Source: Martelella mangrovi
GTDB taxonomy: Bacteria > Pseudomonadota > Alphaproteobacteria > Rhizobiales > Rhizobiaceae
Assembly: GCF_040545495.1 (NCBI RefSeq)
Contig: NZ_JBEPLY010000010.1
Coordinates: forward strand, 79,982-103,981
Length of the DNA stretch: 24,000 nucleotides
Direction of reading: 5' to 3'
The position numbers and the translations under genes are program-made. Shown one piece after another: positions 8,211 through 17,386 of this stretch (positions are counted from its first letter, which is position 1; each line of letters opens with the position of its first letter). The notes under the pieces are model-generated. The model saw only the letters and a program-made list of their open reading frames with translations, made no database searches and was not told the DNA's origin.

Positions 8211-8318
8211 ATCCTCGGGCTTGACCCGAGGATCCAGGGCTACACGATGTATTCTTGCTTGAAACCCTTTCTTATCAAAGGGTTGAGCGGAATGGATGCT
8301 CGGATCACGTCCGAGCAT
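8211..8318. repeat. Stack of three perfect palindromes, resembling Rhizobiales intergenic REP/RIME-type elements
   Basis: ATCCTCGGG-5-CCCGAGGAT (8211-8233), AACCCTTT-6-AAAGGGTT (8263-8284), ATGCTCGGA-5-TCCGAGCAT (8296-8318). The ORF across it reads ...GRDPSIHS...LDPRVKPED..., the peptide type I recall from spurious hypothetical proteins on such repeats in Rhizobiales genomes. Confidence 0.5.
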
Positions 8319-8378
8319 GACACCTGTGGGGACGGCTGGCGGAGGCAACAATCCACACGTCTTCGGGTTTGTCAGCAG

Positions 8379-8413
8379 CCAAAAACGGCGGGCCTCCTTC
8401 AAAATCCGCCGTT
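8379..8413 (-). terminator. Intrinsic terminator of the licT-EIIB-HPr/EI operon
   Basis: On the minus strand: AACGGCGG-14 nt-CCGCCGTT (8-bp stem) followed by TTTTT, starting 40 nt after the stop at 8453. Confidence 0.6.
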
Positions 8414-8452
8414 TCAGATTGATCCGGATACCGTTTGTCAGGCGGACTGGCG

Positions 8453-10531
8453 TTACGCGGTGGCGGAGCCTTTATCCAGCGTGCGGACCTGCGCGGCGCT
8501 GTCGGCTTTCAGGGCCTTTTCGGCCAGTGCCCGGCATTGCTCCAGCGTCAGCGTTTCCAGCAAGCCCTTGATTTCGGGGATCATGGCCGGGGCGACGGAA
8601 AGTTCGGTGACGCCGAGGCCGACCAGGATTGGTGCGGCGACCGGGTCGGAGGCCGCGCCGCCGCAAACGGCGACCGTGCGCCGGTCGGAGGCCGCGCCTT
8701 CCGCCGTCATCCGGATCAGCCCGAGAACGCCGGGATGCAGGGCATCGACATCCTTGGCGACGGCCGGATTGCCGCGGTCCATGGCCAGCGTGTACTGGGT
8801 CAGGTCATTGGTGCCGATCGAGAAGAAATCGCAGACCCGCGCCAACTGCGCCGCGGTGACGGCGGCGGCCGGGGTTTCGATCATCGCGCCGACCTCGATC
8901 GGGGCTTCGCGCCCGAGCTTGCGGCTTTCCTCTTCGACCAGCGCGCGCACTGCCTCGACTTCTGAAACCGAAGCGACCATCGGCACCATGATCCGGGCCA
9001 CGCCATAGGGTTTCACGCGCAGGATCGCGCGGATCTGGGCATGGAGAAGTTCCGGTTTGGCAAGTCCCACGCGGATGCCGCGAAGACCCAGAAACGGATT
9101 ATCCTCAGCCGGCAGCGGCAGATAGGGCATGGGCTTGTCGCCGCCGGCGTCAAACAGACGGATGATCAGCGGCTTGCCACCGAGTTCATCGGCGATGGTC
9201 TGATATTCGGCAAGCTGTTCCTCCTCGCTGGGTGCGGTCGCGCGGTCGAGAAACAGGAATTCGGTGCGCAGAAGGCCGCAGCCTTCGGCCCCTTCCGAAA
9301 CGGCCAGCGTGCCTTCGCCGGAATGGCCGAGATTGGCGAAAACCTCGATCCGGGCGCCATCGGCGAGATAGCAGTCGCGCTTTGCCGCCGCGCGCAGGGT
9401 TTCGCGTTTTTCGGCCTGTGCGGCAACCTTGCTTAGGGCTTCGGCAAAGGCCGCATCGTCGGGGTAAACCGTCAGGCTTCCGGCCTTGGCGTCGATGATC
9501 ACCGGCGCGCCGTCGGGAATGCGGTCGGCATCGCTGCCGATTGCGACGATGGTGGGAATGCCGAGACCGGCAGCCAGGATCGCGGCATGGGAGGTCGGGC
9601 CGCCGTCGCGCATCAGGATGGCCGCGATGTGCCCGGCGGAAAGGCCGAGCATTTCGGAGGGGAGGATTTCATCGGCAAGGACGATACTGCCGGCCGGCAG
9701 GGCCGCAAGGCCGGGGGTTGCACCCTTGCCTGACAGTTCGGCGATCACCTGTCCGGCGATATCGCGCATGTCGGCGGCCCGTTCGGCCATGCGCGCATCG
9801 GCCATGGTGGCCAGCGCTTCCGCCTGTTCCCGGCAGGCCTCGTTCCATGCCCATTCGGCGCTGCGTCCGGCGGCAATGCCGGCTTCCGCTGCCTCGATCA
9901 ACGCCGGGTCGTCAACGATATCGCGGTGCGCGGCGGCAACCGGGTTGAGCGGCGAGCCATCGGCAGAATTGGTCAGCCGGGCGATTACGGCAGCGCGTGC
10001 GGATGCCAGCCGTGCGCGTTCGGTCTCCGCGCCATCGCCATCCTTCTTCAGGTCTGCGGTTGCCGAGACGCGGCGCGTCACAGGGCCGGCGGCAAAGCCG
10101 CCAACGGCGGAACGGCCGGTCACAACCGCATCGGCGCCGGGCGCAAAGGCAGGCAGGGCGTCGCCCTGCGGCTTGCTTTCAGCCGGCTTGTCTTCCTTCT
10201 TTTCCGGCAGTTCCGCTTCCGGCGCGGGGGCATCGGCAATCGGATCGCCAAGGCCGGAGAGCACCAGATCCATCAGGGTGTCGCCGGTGGCCTCCGCGCC
10301 ATCGCCTTCGATGTGGATCGCCAGATTGTCGCCGAAATGCGTTCCCAGACCCATCAGCGCCACCACGCTCTTGGCGTTGACCGTCTTGCCGTTGCAGGAG
10401 ATGGTGACCGCGCCCTTGTGGGCCTTGGCCGCATTGGCCAGCATTGCGGCGGGGCGCGCGTGCAATCCGTGTGCGATCTTCAGGGGTACGAGAAGTTCCG
10501 TAGCGTTGTTGTCCATCTTTATGTCGTCCAT
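8453..10531 (-). CDS. ptsP: HPr-Enzyme I fusion (phosphocarrier HPr domain fused to PEP-protein phosphotransferase)
   Basis: The N-terminal ~90 aa is an HPr domain (KIAHGLHARPAA with the His-15 equivalent; NAKSVVALMGL). A Pro/Ala/Glu-rich linker precedes a full EI with GGPTSHAAILAAGLGIPTIV (active His) and FFSIGTNDLTQYTLAMDR. An alternative start at 10516 is possible. Confidence 0.92.
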   Translation of the reverse strand: MDDIKMDNNATELLVPLKIAHGLHARPAAMLANAAKAHKGAVTISCNGKTVNAKSVVALMGLGTHFGDNLAIHIEGDGAEATGDTLMDLVLSGLGDPIADAPAPEAELPEKKEDKPAESKPQGDALPAFAPGADAVVTGRSAVGGFAAGPVTRRVSATADLKKDGDGAETERARLASARAAVIARLTNSADGSPLNPVAAAHRDIVDDPALIEAAEAGIAAGRSAEWAWNEACREQAEALATMADARMAERAADMRDIAGQVIAELSGKGATPGLAALPAGSIVLADEILPSEMLGLSAGHIAAILMRDGGPTSHAAILAAGLGIPTIVAIGSDADRIPDGAPVIIDAKAGSLTVYPDDAAFAEALSKVAAQAEKRETLRAAAKRDCYLADGARIEVFANLGHSGEGTLAVSEGAEGCGLLRTEFLFLDRATAPSEEEQLAEYQTIADELGGKPLIIRLFDAGGDKPMPYLPLPAEDNPFLGLRGIRVGLAKPELLHAQIRAILRVKPYGVARIMVPMVASVSEVEAVRALVEEESRKLGREAPIEVGAMIETPAAAVTAAQLARVCDFFSIGTNDLTQYTLAMDRGNPAVAKDVDALHPGVLGLIRMTAEGAASDRRTVAVCGGAASDPVAAPILVGLGVTELSVAPAMIPEIKGLLETLTLEQCRALAEKALKADSAAQVRTLDKGSATA

Positions 10532-10603
10532 TGCTGCATTCAGGGGGCGATCTGCACAATCGCCAGTTCGAAATCACGCGGTTTCGGCCGCTGTCTTGCC
10601 GGC

Positions 10604-11011
10604 TTATTCACGATCCGCCTCAGCGCCCGGTTTCAGGAAACCGCGAATGAGGGAGAGCGTGCGTTTTTTGAAACCGGGCTGACCGGTTGCGGCGGCGTCG
10701 CGCGCCGGCGGCGGGTTTTGGGGCGCCGGGTCTTCAGGCGCAGGGGCGGGCTCTTGCATGCCGGAGAGTGCGGCCAGCACCGCATCATGAACGTCCGGAA
10801 CCTGAGGCCCGATCACCAGCTGAAACTGGCCGGCACTTTCAACGACCGACAGGACCGGATCGACGTCCAGAAGGGCCGGACGGTCGGCCTTGCTGTCATC
10901 CTTCAGATTAAACCTGAGACGGGTGGCGCAGTGCGTGACGGATTCGACATTGGCCGGACCGCCGATGAGGGCCACGATCTTCTGTGATGATTTGCCGATG
11001 GTGTCGTTCAT
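10604..11011 (-). CDS. Stand-alone PTS EIIB domain protein (glucose/beta-glucoside family) with a Pro/Ala-rich tail
   Basis: KIVALIGGPANVESVTHCATRLRFNLKD carries the EIIB active-site Cys signature, then QFQLVIGPQV. RBS AAGGA lies 7 nt upstream. The C-terminus FKKRTLSLIRGFLKPG resembles the first residues of an EIIC domain. Confidence 0.8.
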   Translation of the reverse strand: MNDTIGKSSQKIVALIGGPANVESVTHCATRLRFNLKDDSKADRPALLDVDPVLSVVESAGQFQLVIGPQVPDVHDAVLAALSGMQEPAPAPEDPAPQNPPPARDAAATGQPGFKKRTLSLIRGFLKPGAEADRE

Positions 11012-11059
11012 GGTTCCGTCCTTTTCCGCGCGCCTGTGGCCGGCTGCGCGTGGCTTTCC

Positions 11060-11923
11060 TTACTCTTTCGGAATGTCGGGATTGCTGAAGGCGCGCCGTG
11101 TCATGCGCTGGATATGCAGGGCGATGTAAACCGTCTCGTCTTCGCTGATGGTCCAGTCCATCTTTTCCGTGAGATAATGTCCGATCCGCTCGGCGCATTC
11201 ATAAACGCGCGGATCTTCCGCCTTGAATGTCTGGGCCAGCTGGGCAATCAGCGGCGTATAGGTTTCGCCGCTCAGATGGCTGAGAAACAGGTGGCGCAGA
11301 TGGGTGGCAAAGCGCGCGCTGCCAAGCGAATCGTCGGCGCTGATCTTGATGCCGAATTCGTCCTCGATCATTGCGAGGATATCCCGGATCAGCCGCGCGG
11401 TGCGCACTGCGGAACTCAGCTGCCGCGCACCGACCTGCGCATTGACGAAATGCAGCGCCAGCGGCACCACTTCGATATCGGGCAGGCGGACGCCGGTCTG
11501 TCTTTCGATCTCGTCGAGCGCCATCATCCCCAGCCGGGCCTCGCGCACATAGAGAAGATGCACTTCCCATTCCAGCGGATTTTCGAACGACTGATGGGAA
11601 AGCTGGCGCTTGATCGCCATCGAGATGTGGTCGGCCAGCGCGACGACGACATGCCGGTCGAGCTTCAGCCCGACCTTTTCGCCCATGCCCAGGATCGTCT
11701 CGGCAATGGCGATGTGGCCGGGCGGGATTTCGGCTATGAGCTGGGCGAAGTTTTCGGGCGTATAGGACGGCTCCGGCACAAAGCGGCGCTGGACGACCGT
11801 CGGGTCGAGCTGATCGCCCGGACGCACCTGAAACGCCAGGCCGCGTCCCTGCACGACGACCTCGCGACCGGTTTCGTCACGCACCAGCGCAACATTGTTG
11901 TTGAATATCTTCAGCACGAGCAT
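11060..11923 (-). CDS. licT: BglG/LicT-family PRD-containing transcription antiterminator
   Basis: CAT domain MLVLKIFNNNVALVRDETGREVVVQGRGLAFQ, then two PRDs with the four expected histidines (ADHISMAIKR, ALHFVNAQ, FATHLRHLF, ALHIQRM). ATG at 11923 is preceded by GGGAGGGAG. The track ORF extends to 12298 only because the leader happens to be open. Confidence 0.9.
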   Translation of the reverse strand: MLVLKIFNNNVALVRDETGREVVVQGRGLAFQVRPGDQLDPTVVQRRFVPEPSYTPENFAQLIAEIPPGHIAIAETILGMGEKVGLKLDRHVVVALADHISMAIKRQLSHQSFENPLEWEVHLLYVREARLGMMALDEIERQTGVRLPDIEVVPLALHFVNAQVGARQLSSAVRTARLIRDILAMIEDEFGIKISADDSLGSARFATHLRHLFLSHLSGETYTPLIAQLAQTFKAEDPRVYECAERIGHYLTEKMDWTISEDETVYIALHIQRMTRRAFSNPDIPKE

Positions 11924-12081
11924 CGGCGTCTCCCTCCCGCTCCCGCGCCGGTGTTCCTCCGCCGGCGCCTTGTTCGTCGACCCGAAACGGGCATCGCGCT
12001 GCCATCTGCCGGTCGGCGCGGAGCGGAGCCTTTCAGGACGATCTTGCATGTTCTCTCCCGGTTCAACACGCTCATCAGGGC

Positions 12082-12123
12082 AAAAAAAAACCTGAGACGG
12101 CCACAGCAAGCCGAACCCAGGTT
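12082..12123 (-). terminator. Leader intrinsic terminator of the licT operon (target of antitermination)
   Basis: On the minus strand: AACCTGGGTTCGGC-ttgctgtg-GCCGTCTCAGGTT followed by a run of 9 T. Its 5' arm overlaps the 3' end of the RAT. Confidence 0.8.
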
Positions 12124-12149
12124 TTGCCCGCCCGAAGCGGTTACAATCC
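12120..12149 (-). promoter_or_regulatory. RAT (ribonucleic antiterminator) element
   Basis: The minus strand reads GGATTGTAACCGCTTCGGGCGGGCAAAACC, against the classical RAT GGATTGTTACTGCATTCGCAGGCAAAACC (as I recall it). The flanks GGATTGT and GCAAAACC are identical, the central stem is compensated (CCGC/GCGG), and the element overlaps the terminator. Confidence 0.8.
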
Positions 12150-12158
12150 ATGACCTTC

Positions 12159-12187
12159 AAATAGGCTCTTATTTTTGTGTTTGCAAG
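12159..12187 (-). promoter_or_regulatory. Candidate sigma-70 promoter of the licT operon
   Basis: The minus strand reads CTTGCA-N17-CTATTT, close to the rhizobial housekeeping consensus CTTGAC-N17-CTATAT. It sits in a locally AT-rich patch and places the transcription start a few nt before the RAT. Confidence 0.45.
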
Positions 12188-12658
12188 ACGTACCTCGCCG
12201 CGGAAGGTCGCAGGAAACCGTCGTCCGGTTACCGCCGCGGCACTGCCGGAGCCGGTGCCCGGGGCGTTCCCAAACGGTCTGGCGTCTGCCGTTTTCACGG
12301 GCCGTCAGCGGCGCTGCGGCTGTCTTGCAACAGGGCATCGTCCTGCAGCGGACCTTCGTCTGGATATGCGACAATCTGGCGCAGAACGCGCTGTTAGTAT
12401 GCCTTTTCCGGCGTTGCCACTTCTTCGCCATATTTGGGCTTCTCCGCCCTGATTCAACGGGAGACTTGCCGCCTTTCGCCCGTTCTTCGCGTGTGCGGAA
12501 ACGTGGCCTGCAACCGATAGCGCAAGCTGCACAGATCGCCGCTTTGCCCCGATTCACCGTCTTGACTTCCGTACCTCACGGCGCTTAGCGTAAAGGCCAC
12601 GGTCACGGCGACCGCGATAAAACAGAATGTAATCCGTGCGTTTTTACGTCGCGGAGCA

Positions 12659-12716
12659 GGATCTGAGATTTGACACTGAAACCGGAAGGTCAGGTGTCGC
12701 TCAGGTCCTTTTTTTT
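12659..12716 (+). terminator. Leader intrinsic terminator upstream of the EIIBCA gene
   Basis: GGATCTGAG (12659-12667) pairs with CTCAGGTCC (12700-12708), with an inner stem GACAC/GTGTC, followed by 8 T (12709-12716). It ends 18 nt before the RBS GGAGGAGG (35 nt before the ATG at 12751). Confidence 0.65.
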
Positions 12717-12750
12717 GCCTTTTTGCGCCTCAATGGAGGAGGTTTACGCA

Positions 12751-14706
12751 ATGACACAGAAATACGCGCCGCTGGCGCATGAGATTATCGAACTGGTCGG
12801 GGGGCCGCAGAACGTCCAGTCCGTCTACCATTGCCAGACGCGTTTGCGTTTTGCCCTGCGCGATGAAGCCGCGGTCAGGAACGCCGAACTCAATGCCCTC
12901 GACGGCGTTGCCGCGACCGCGTCTTCGGGCGGCACATTCCAGGTCGTGATCGGCACCCATGTGAAGGACGTCTTCGAAGAGGTCGACCGCGAAATGAGCG
13001 ATGCGGGCGTCGAGGCGCAGGCCCCGGACATGACCGTGACGCCGAAGCACAGGAACTTTCTGAGCGTCGTGATCGACTTCGTTTCGGGCACGTTCCAGCC
13101 GATTATTCCGGCACTGTCCGGCGCCGGTATGATCATGGCCCTGCTGGCCGTGCTCGTCGTCTTCGATGTGATCACGACGGATTCGCAGACCTACCGGGTT
13201 CTGGCCTTCTTCTCCAATGCCGTCTTCTACTTCCTGCCGGTGTTCGTTGCGATTTCGGCTGCCGACAAGCTGAAGACCAGCCGCATCATGGCCGGTGTCG
13301 TCGCCGCGATGATGCTGCATCCGAACTGGAATGCCATGGTCGCTGCCGGCGAGCCGGTCAATCTCTTCGGTTTCATTCCGCTGACGCTGACGACCTATGG
13401 CTCGACGGTGATCCCGATCCTGCTGATCGTCTTCGTGCAGTCCTATGTCGAACGCTGGCTCGACCGGATCACGCCGAATGCCGCCAAGCTGGTGGTCGTG
13501 CCGATGATGACCTTCCTGATCATGGGCACGCTGGCCATGGCGCTGCTGGGCCCGATCGGTTCTTTCCTCGGTGGCTATCTGGCGATCTTCTTCTCGTTCC
13601 TGACCGAAAACGCGCCCTGGGCGCCGCCGGTCATCATCGGTTCGCTGCTGCCGATTATGGTCATGTTTGGGATTCACAACGCCATTGCCCCGCTGGGCTT
13701 CGCGCAGCTGGCAGCTTTCGGTCATGAGAGCATTTTCGGCCCCGGCGCGCTGTGCTCGAACATCGCCACCGGCGTTGCCATGCTCACCGTCATGCTGATC
13801 ACCAAGGATGCCAAGACCCGCCAGCTGGCAACGGCAACCGGCTTTACCGCCCTGATGGGACCGACGGAACCGGCGCTTTACGGCGTGTCGCTGCCCAAGC
13901 GCTATCCGCTGATCGCAACGCTTATTGGCGGCGGCGTCGGCGGCCTCTATGCCGGTCTGACGGCAACCCGCCGCTTCGCCGTCGGCTCTTCGGGGCTTCC
14001 GGCCGTCGTTCTCTATATCGGCGACAACACCACCCGCTATCTGGTCAACATCCTGATCGCTCTGGCGATTACCACCGTGGTCACGGCTGTCCTGACCTAT
14101 CTGCTGTCGTTCTACTTCGAAAAGCGCCAGACAGTTGCCGCAGCCGCTGCCGGCCCGGTTCCGGCCAGCCCCGCCGCTGCGCCTGCACCGGCCCCCGCAG
14201 CCAGTGTCGCCGCCACCGCCGCGCCCGCCGTTCCGGCAGCAGCGCCGGTTGCCACAGCCGCTATCGCCGCACCCTGCAACGGCACAATCGTTGCATTGAG
14301 CGACGTGCCGGACGCGGCCTTCTCATCGGGCGCCATGGGCCCCGGCGTCGGCGTCGAACCGGCTGACGGCACAATCATCGCACCGGTTTCCGGCGTCGTC
14401 GAATCGGCGGTCGATACCGGGCACGCCTTCGGCATCGTCACCGAAGACGGAACCGAGGTGCTGGTCCATGTCGGCGTCGATACGGTGCAGATGAAGGGCG
14501 AAGGCTTTGCCGGCGCCGTTCCGCAGGGCACCCGCGTTGTTGCCGGCCAGACGCTGGTCACCGCCGACCTCGCCGCCATCAAGGCCGCCGGCCATCCGGC
14601 AACCGTCGTTGTCGTGGTCACCAATGCCGCCGACGGCGCTGAAATTTCGGTTGCCGATGCCGGTCCCGTCTCGTCCGGCGCCGACATCATCACGATCAAG
14701 CATTGA
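12751..14706 (+). CDS. PTS beta-glucoside-family permease, fused EIIB-EIIC-EIIA (BglF-like)
   Basis: EIIB IIELVGGPQNVQSVYHCQTRLRFALRD, a multi-helix EIIC, an Ala/Pro linker, and an EIIA-Glc domain (SDVPDAAFSSGAMGPGVGV...GHAFGI...VLVHVGVDTV). ATG at 12751 is preceded by GGAGGAGG; the track start at 12670 lies inside the leader terminator. Confidence 0.92.
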   Translation: MTQKYAPLAHEIIELVGGPQNVQSVYHCQTRLRFALRDEAAVRNAELNALDGVAATASSGGTFQVVIGTHVKDVFEEVDREMSDAGVEAQAPDMTVTPKHRNFLSVVIDFVSGTFQPIIPALSGAGMIMALLAVLVVFDVITTDSQTYRVLAFFSNAVFYFLPVFVAISAADKLKTSRIMAGVVAAMMLHPNWNAMVAAGEPVNLFGFIPLTLTTYGSTVIPILLIVFVQSYVERWLDRITPNAAKLVVVPMMTFLIMGTLAMALLGPIGSFLGGYLAIFFSFLTENAPWAPPVIIGSLLPIMVMFGIHNAIAPLGFAQLAAFGHESIFGPGALCSNIATGVAMLTVMLITKDAKTRQLATATGFTALMGPTEPALYGVSLPKRYPLIATLIGGGVGGLYAGLTATRRFAVGSSGLPAVVLYIGDNTTRYLVNILIALAITTVVTAVLTYLLSFYFEKRQTVAAAAAGPVPASPAAAPAPAPAASVAATAAPAVPAAAPVATAAIAAPCNGTIVALSDVPDAAFSSGAMGPGVGVEPADGTIIAPVSGVVESAVDTGHAFGIVTEDGTEVLVHVGVDTVQMKGEGFAGAVPQGTRVVAGQTLVTADLAAIKAAGHPATVVVVVTNAADGAEISVADAGPVSSGADIITIKH

Positions 14707-16134
<1,428 letters not shown>

Positions 16135-16169
16135 GGCCGCCGCGCGGAAACGAAACTGACTGAAGCCTG

Positions 16170-16292
16170 CGAATGCGCGACCGGCCCGACCGCCGCGCAT
16201 TCGTGCATCCCGCCGGGGATGCAAATCGCATGACCAAAACTGCAATATCCGGCATCGCGCGCCGAAAATTGTCCGCCCCGTTGAAAACGGGG
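16170..16292 (+). other. Three GC-rich stem-loops in the spacer after the glucosidase gene
   Basis: CGAATGCGCG-14-CGCGCATTCG (16170-16203), TGCATCCC-4-GGGATGCA (16204-16223), CCCCGTT-3-AACGGGG (16276-16292). None has a U-tract, so the function (partial terminator, RNA processing or REP) is open. Confidence 0.3.
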
Positions 16293-16345
16293 ACCGCCGG
16301 CGAGATCCAGTGCTGCGCATGTCCGGCCCGAAGGAGAAGCAAACC

Positions 16346-17386
16346 ATGCTGACGATCGCCTATATCGGAAACGGCAAGAGCGCCAACCGCTACCATCTGC
16401 CGTTCGTGAAAACCCGCGACAATCTGCGGGTGAAAACGATCTATTCGCCTTCAGGGTCGGATACGCCATGGGCGCCCATGGACGGCGTCAATTATGTCGA
16501 TAATCTCGATGCCATCTGGAATGATCCGGAAATCCAGCTCGTCGTTGTCTGCACGCCATCGGCAACCCATGTCGAGATCGCCCGCCAGATCCTTCAACAC
16601 GGCAAGAACGCGCTGGTCGAAAAGCCCTTCGCGCCGAGTGCAGCGGAAGCGCGCGAACTGTTCGCGCTGGCGAAGGAAAAGGGGCTGTTCCTGCAGAGCT
16701 ACCAGAACCGGCGTTATGATTCCGACTTCCTCACCGTGCAGAAGGTGATCGAAAGCGGCCGCCTCGGCGATCTCCTGGAAGTCGAGATGCATTATGACTA
16801 TTACCGCCCCGAAGTGCCGACGAAACAGGTGCCGGTCTTCACCCCCAAGCGCACCTATCTGTTCGCCCACGGCGTCCACACCATCGACCAGGTGCTGAGC
16901 TATTTCGGCAGCCCGAAGGAAGTGCGCAGCGATGTGCGGCAGTTGCTTGGCCCCGGCCGGATGAACGACTATTTCGACATCGACCTGTTTTACGAAGGCC
17001 CGCTCAAGGTTTCGGTGAAATCGAGCTATTTCCGGGTCAAGGATCGCCCGAGCTTCGTCGTTTACGGCACGAAGGGCATGTTCGTGAAGGAAACCAAGGA
17101 CCGTCAGGAAGACCATCTGAAGATGTTCTACATGCCCGGTGAACCCGGTTTCGGCGTCGACCAGCCGGAACATTACGGCACGCTGACCTATTACGACGAT
17201 GACGGTCGCTATCACGAGGAAAAGGTGATTTCCGAGGTCGGCGATTATGGCCGCATGTATGACGGCATTTACGATGCGATCATCAACGGTGCGCCGCAGG
17301 TGGTGACGCCGGAACAGACCATCGAGCTGATTTCCATCCTCGAGGACGGCCTGCGCCCGATGCTGGAACGGGAGGGGCAGGCATGA
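16346..17386 (+). CDS. Gfo/Idh/MocA-family NAD(P)-dependent oxidoreductase (YvaA/YhhX-like subgroup)
   Basis: N-terminal Rossmann IAYIGNGKSANRYHLPF, VVVCTPSATH, and the EKP motif (ALVEKPF). ATG at 16346 is preceded by AAGGAGAAG. Confidence 0.85.
   Translation: MLTIAYIGNGKSANRYHLPFVKTRDNLRVKTIYSPSGSDTPWAPMDGVNYVDNLDAIWNDPEIQLVVVCTPSATHVEIARQILQHGKNALVEKPFAPSAAEARELFALAKEKGLFLQSYQNRRYDSDFLTVQKVIESGRLGDLLEVEMHYDYYRPEVPTKQVPVFTPKRTYLFAHGVHTIDQVLSYFGSPKEVRSDVRQLLGPGRMNDYFDIDLFYEGPLKVSVKSSYFRVKDRPSFVVYGTKGMFVKETKDRQEDHLKMFYMPGEPGFGVDQPEHYGTLTYYDDDGRYHEEKVISEVGDYGRMYDGIYDAIINGAPQVVTPEQTIELISILEDGLRPMLEREGQA

Noticed and set aside
8199-8402. 67-aa minus-strand ORF in the spacer
   Set aside because: It is a read-through of the stacked palindromic repeats (peptide ...GRDPSIHS...LDPRVKPED...), with no RBS. 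This ORF type is a known annotation artefact on such repeats.
10546-10564. Hairpin GGCGATtgtgcagATCGCC with a GATTGT string, followed by CTGAATGCAGCAA, considered as a second RAT before the HPr-EI gene
   Set aside because: The RAT-like pieces are separated by about 12 extra nt and no terminator follows. Most likely this is a chance resemblance in a short intercistronic spacer.
8247-10987. Plus-strand ORFs 8247-9008, 8435-8965, 9486-10682 (398 aa) and 9926-10987 (353 aa)
   Set aside because: They are antisense to the HPr-EI and EIIB genes. The translations are Ala/Ser/Arg/Pro low-complexity, whereas the minus-strand frame has unmistakable HPr and EI motifs.
11036-12397. Plus-strand ORF of 453 aa, and the 5' extension of the minus ORF to 12298
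   Set aside because: The plus ORF is antisense to licT. The minus-strand extension would read through the RAT, the terminator and the T9 tract, whereas the ATG at 11923 has a strong RBS and begins the conserved CAT domain.
12561-12589. CTTGAC-N17-CTTAGC as the permease promoter
   Set aside because: The -35 is perfect, but the -10 matches the consensus at only 2 of 6 positions. This is too weak to report as a feature without transcription-start data.
12595-12627. RAT-like string GGCCACGGTCACGGCGACCGCGATAAAAC in the permease leader
   Set aside because: It shares only a short stem followed by an A-rich tail with RAT. It lacks the GGATTGT/AACC lower stem and does not overlap the terminator 5' arm, so it could not act as an antiterminator.
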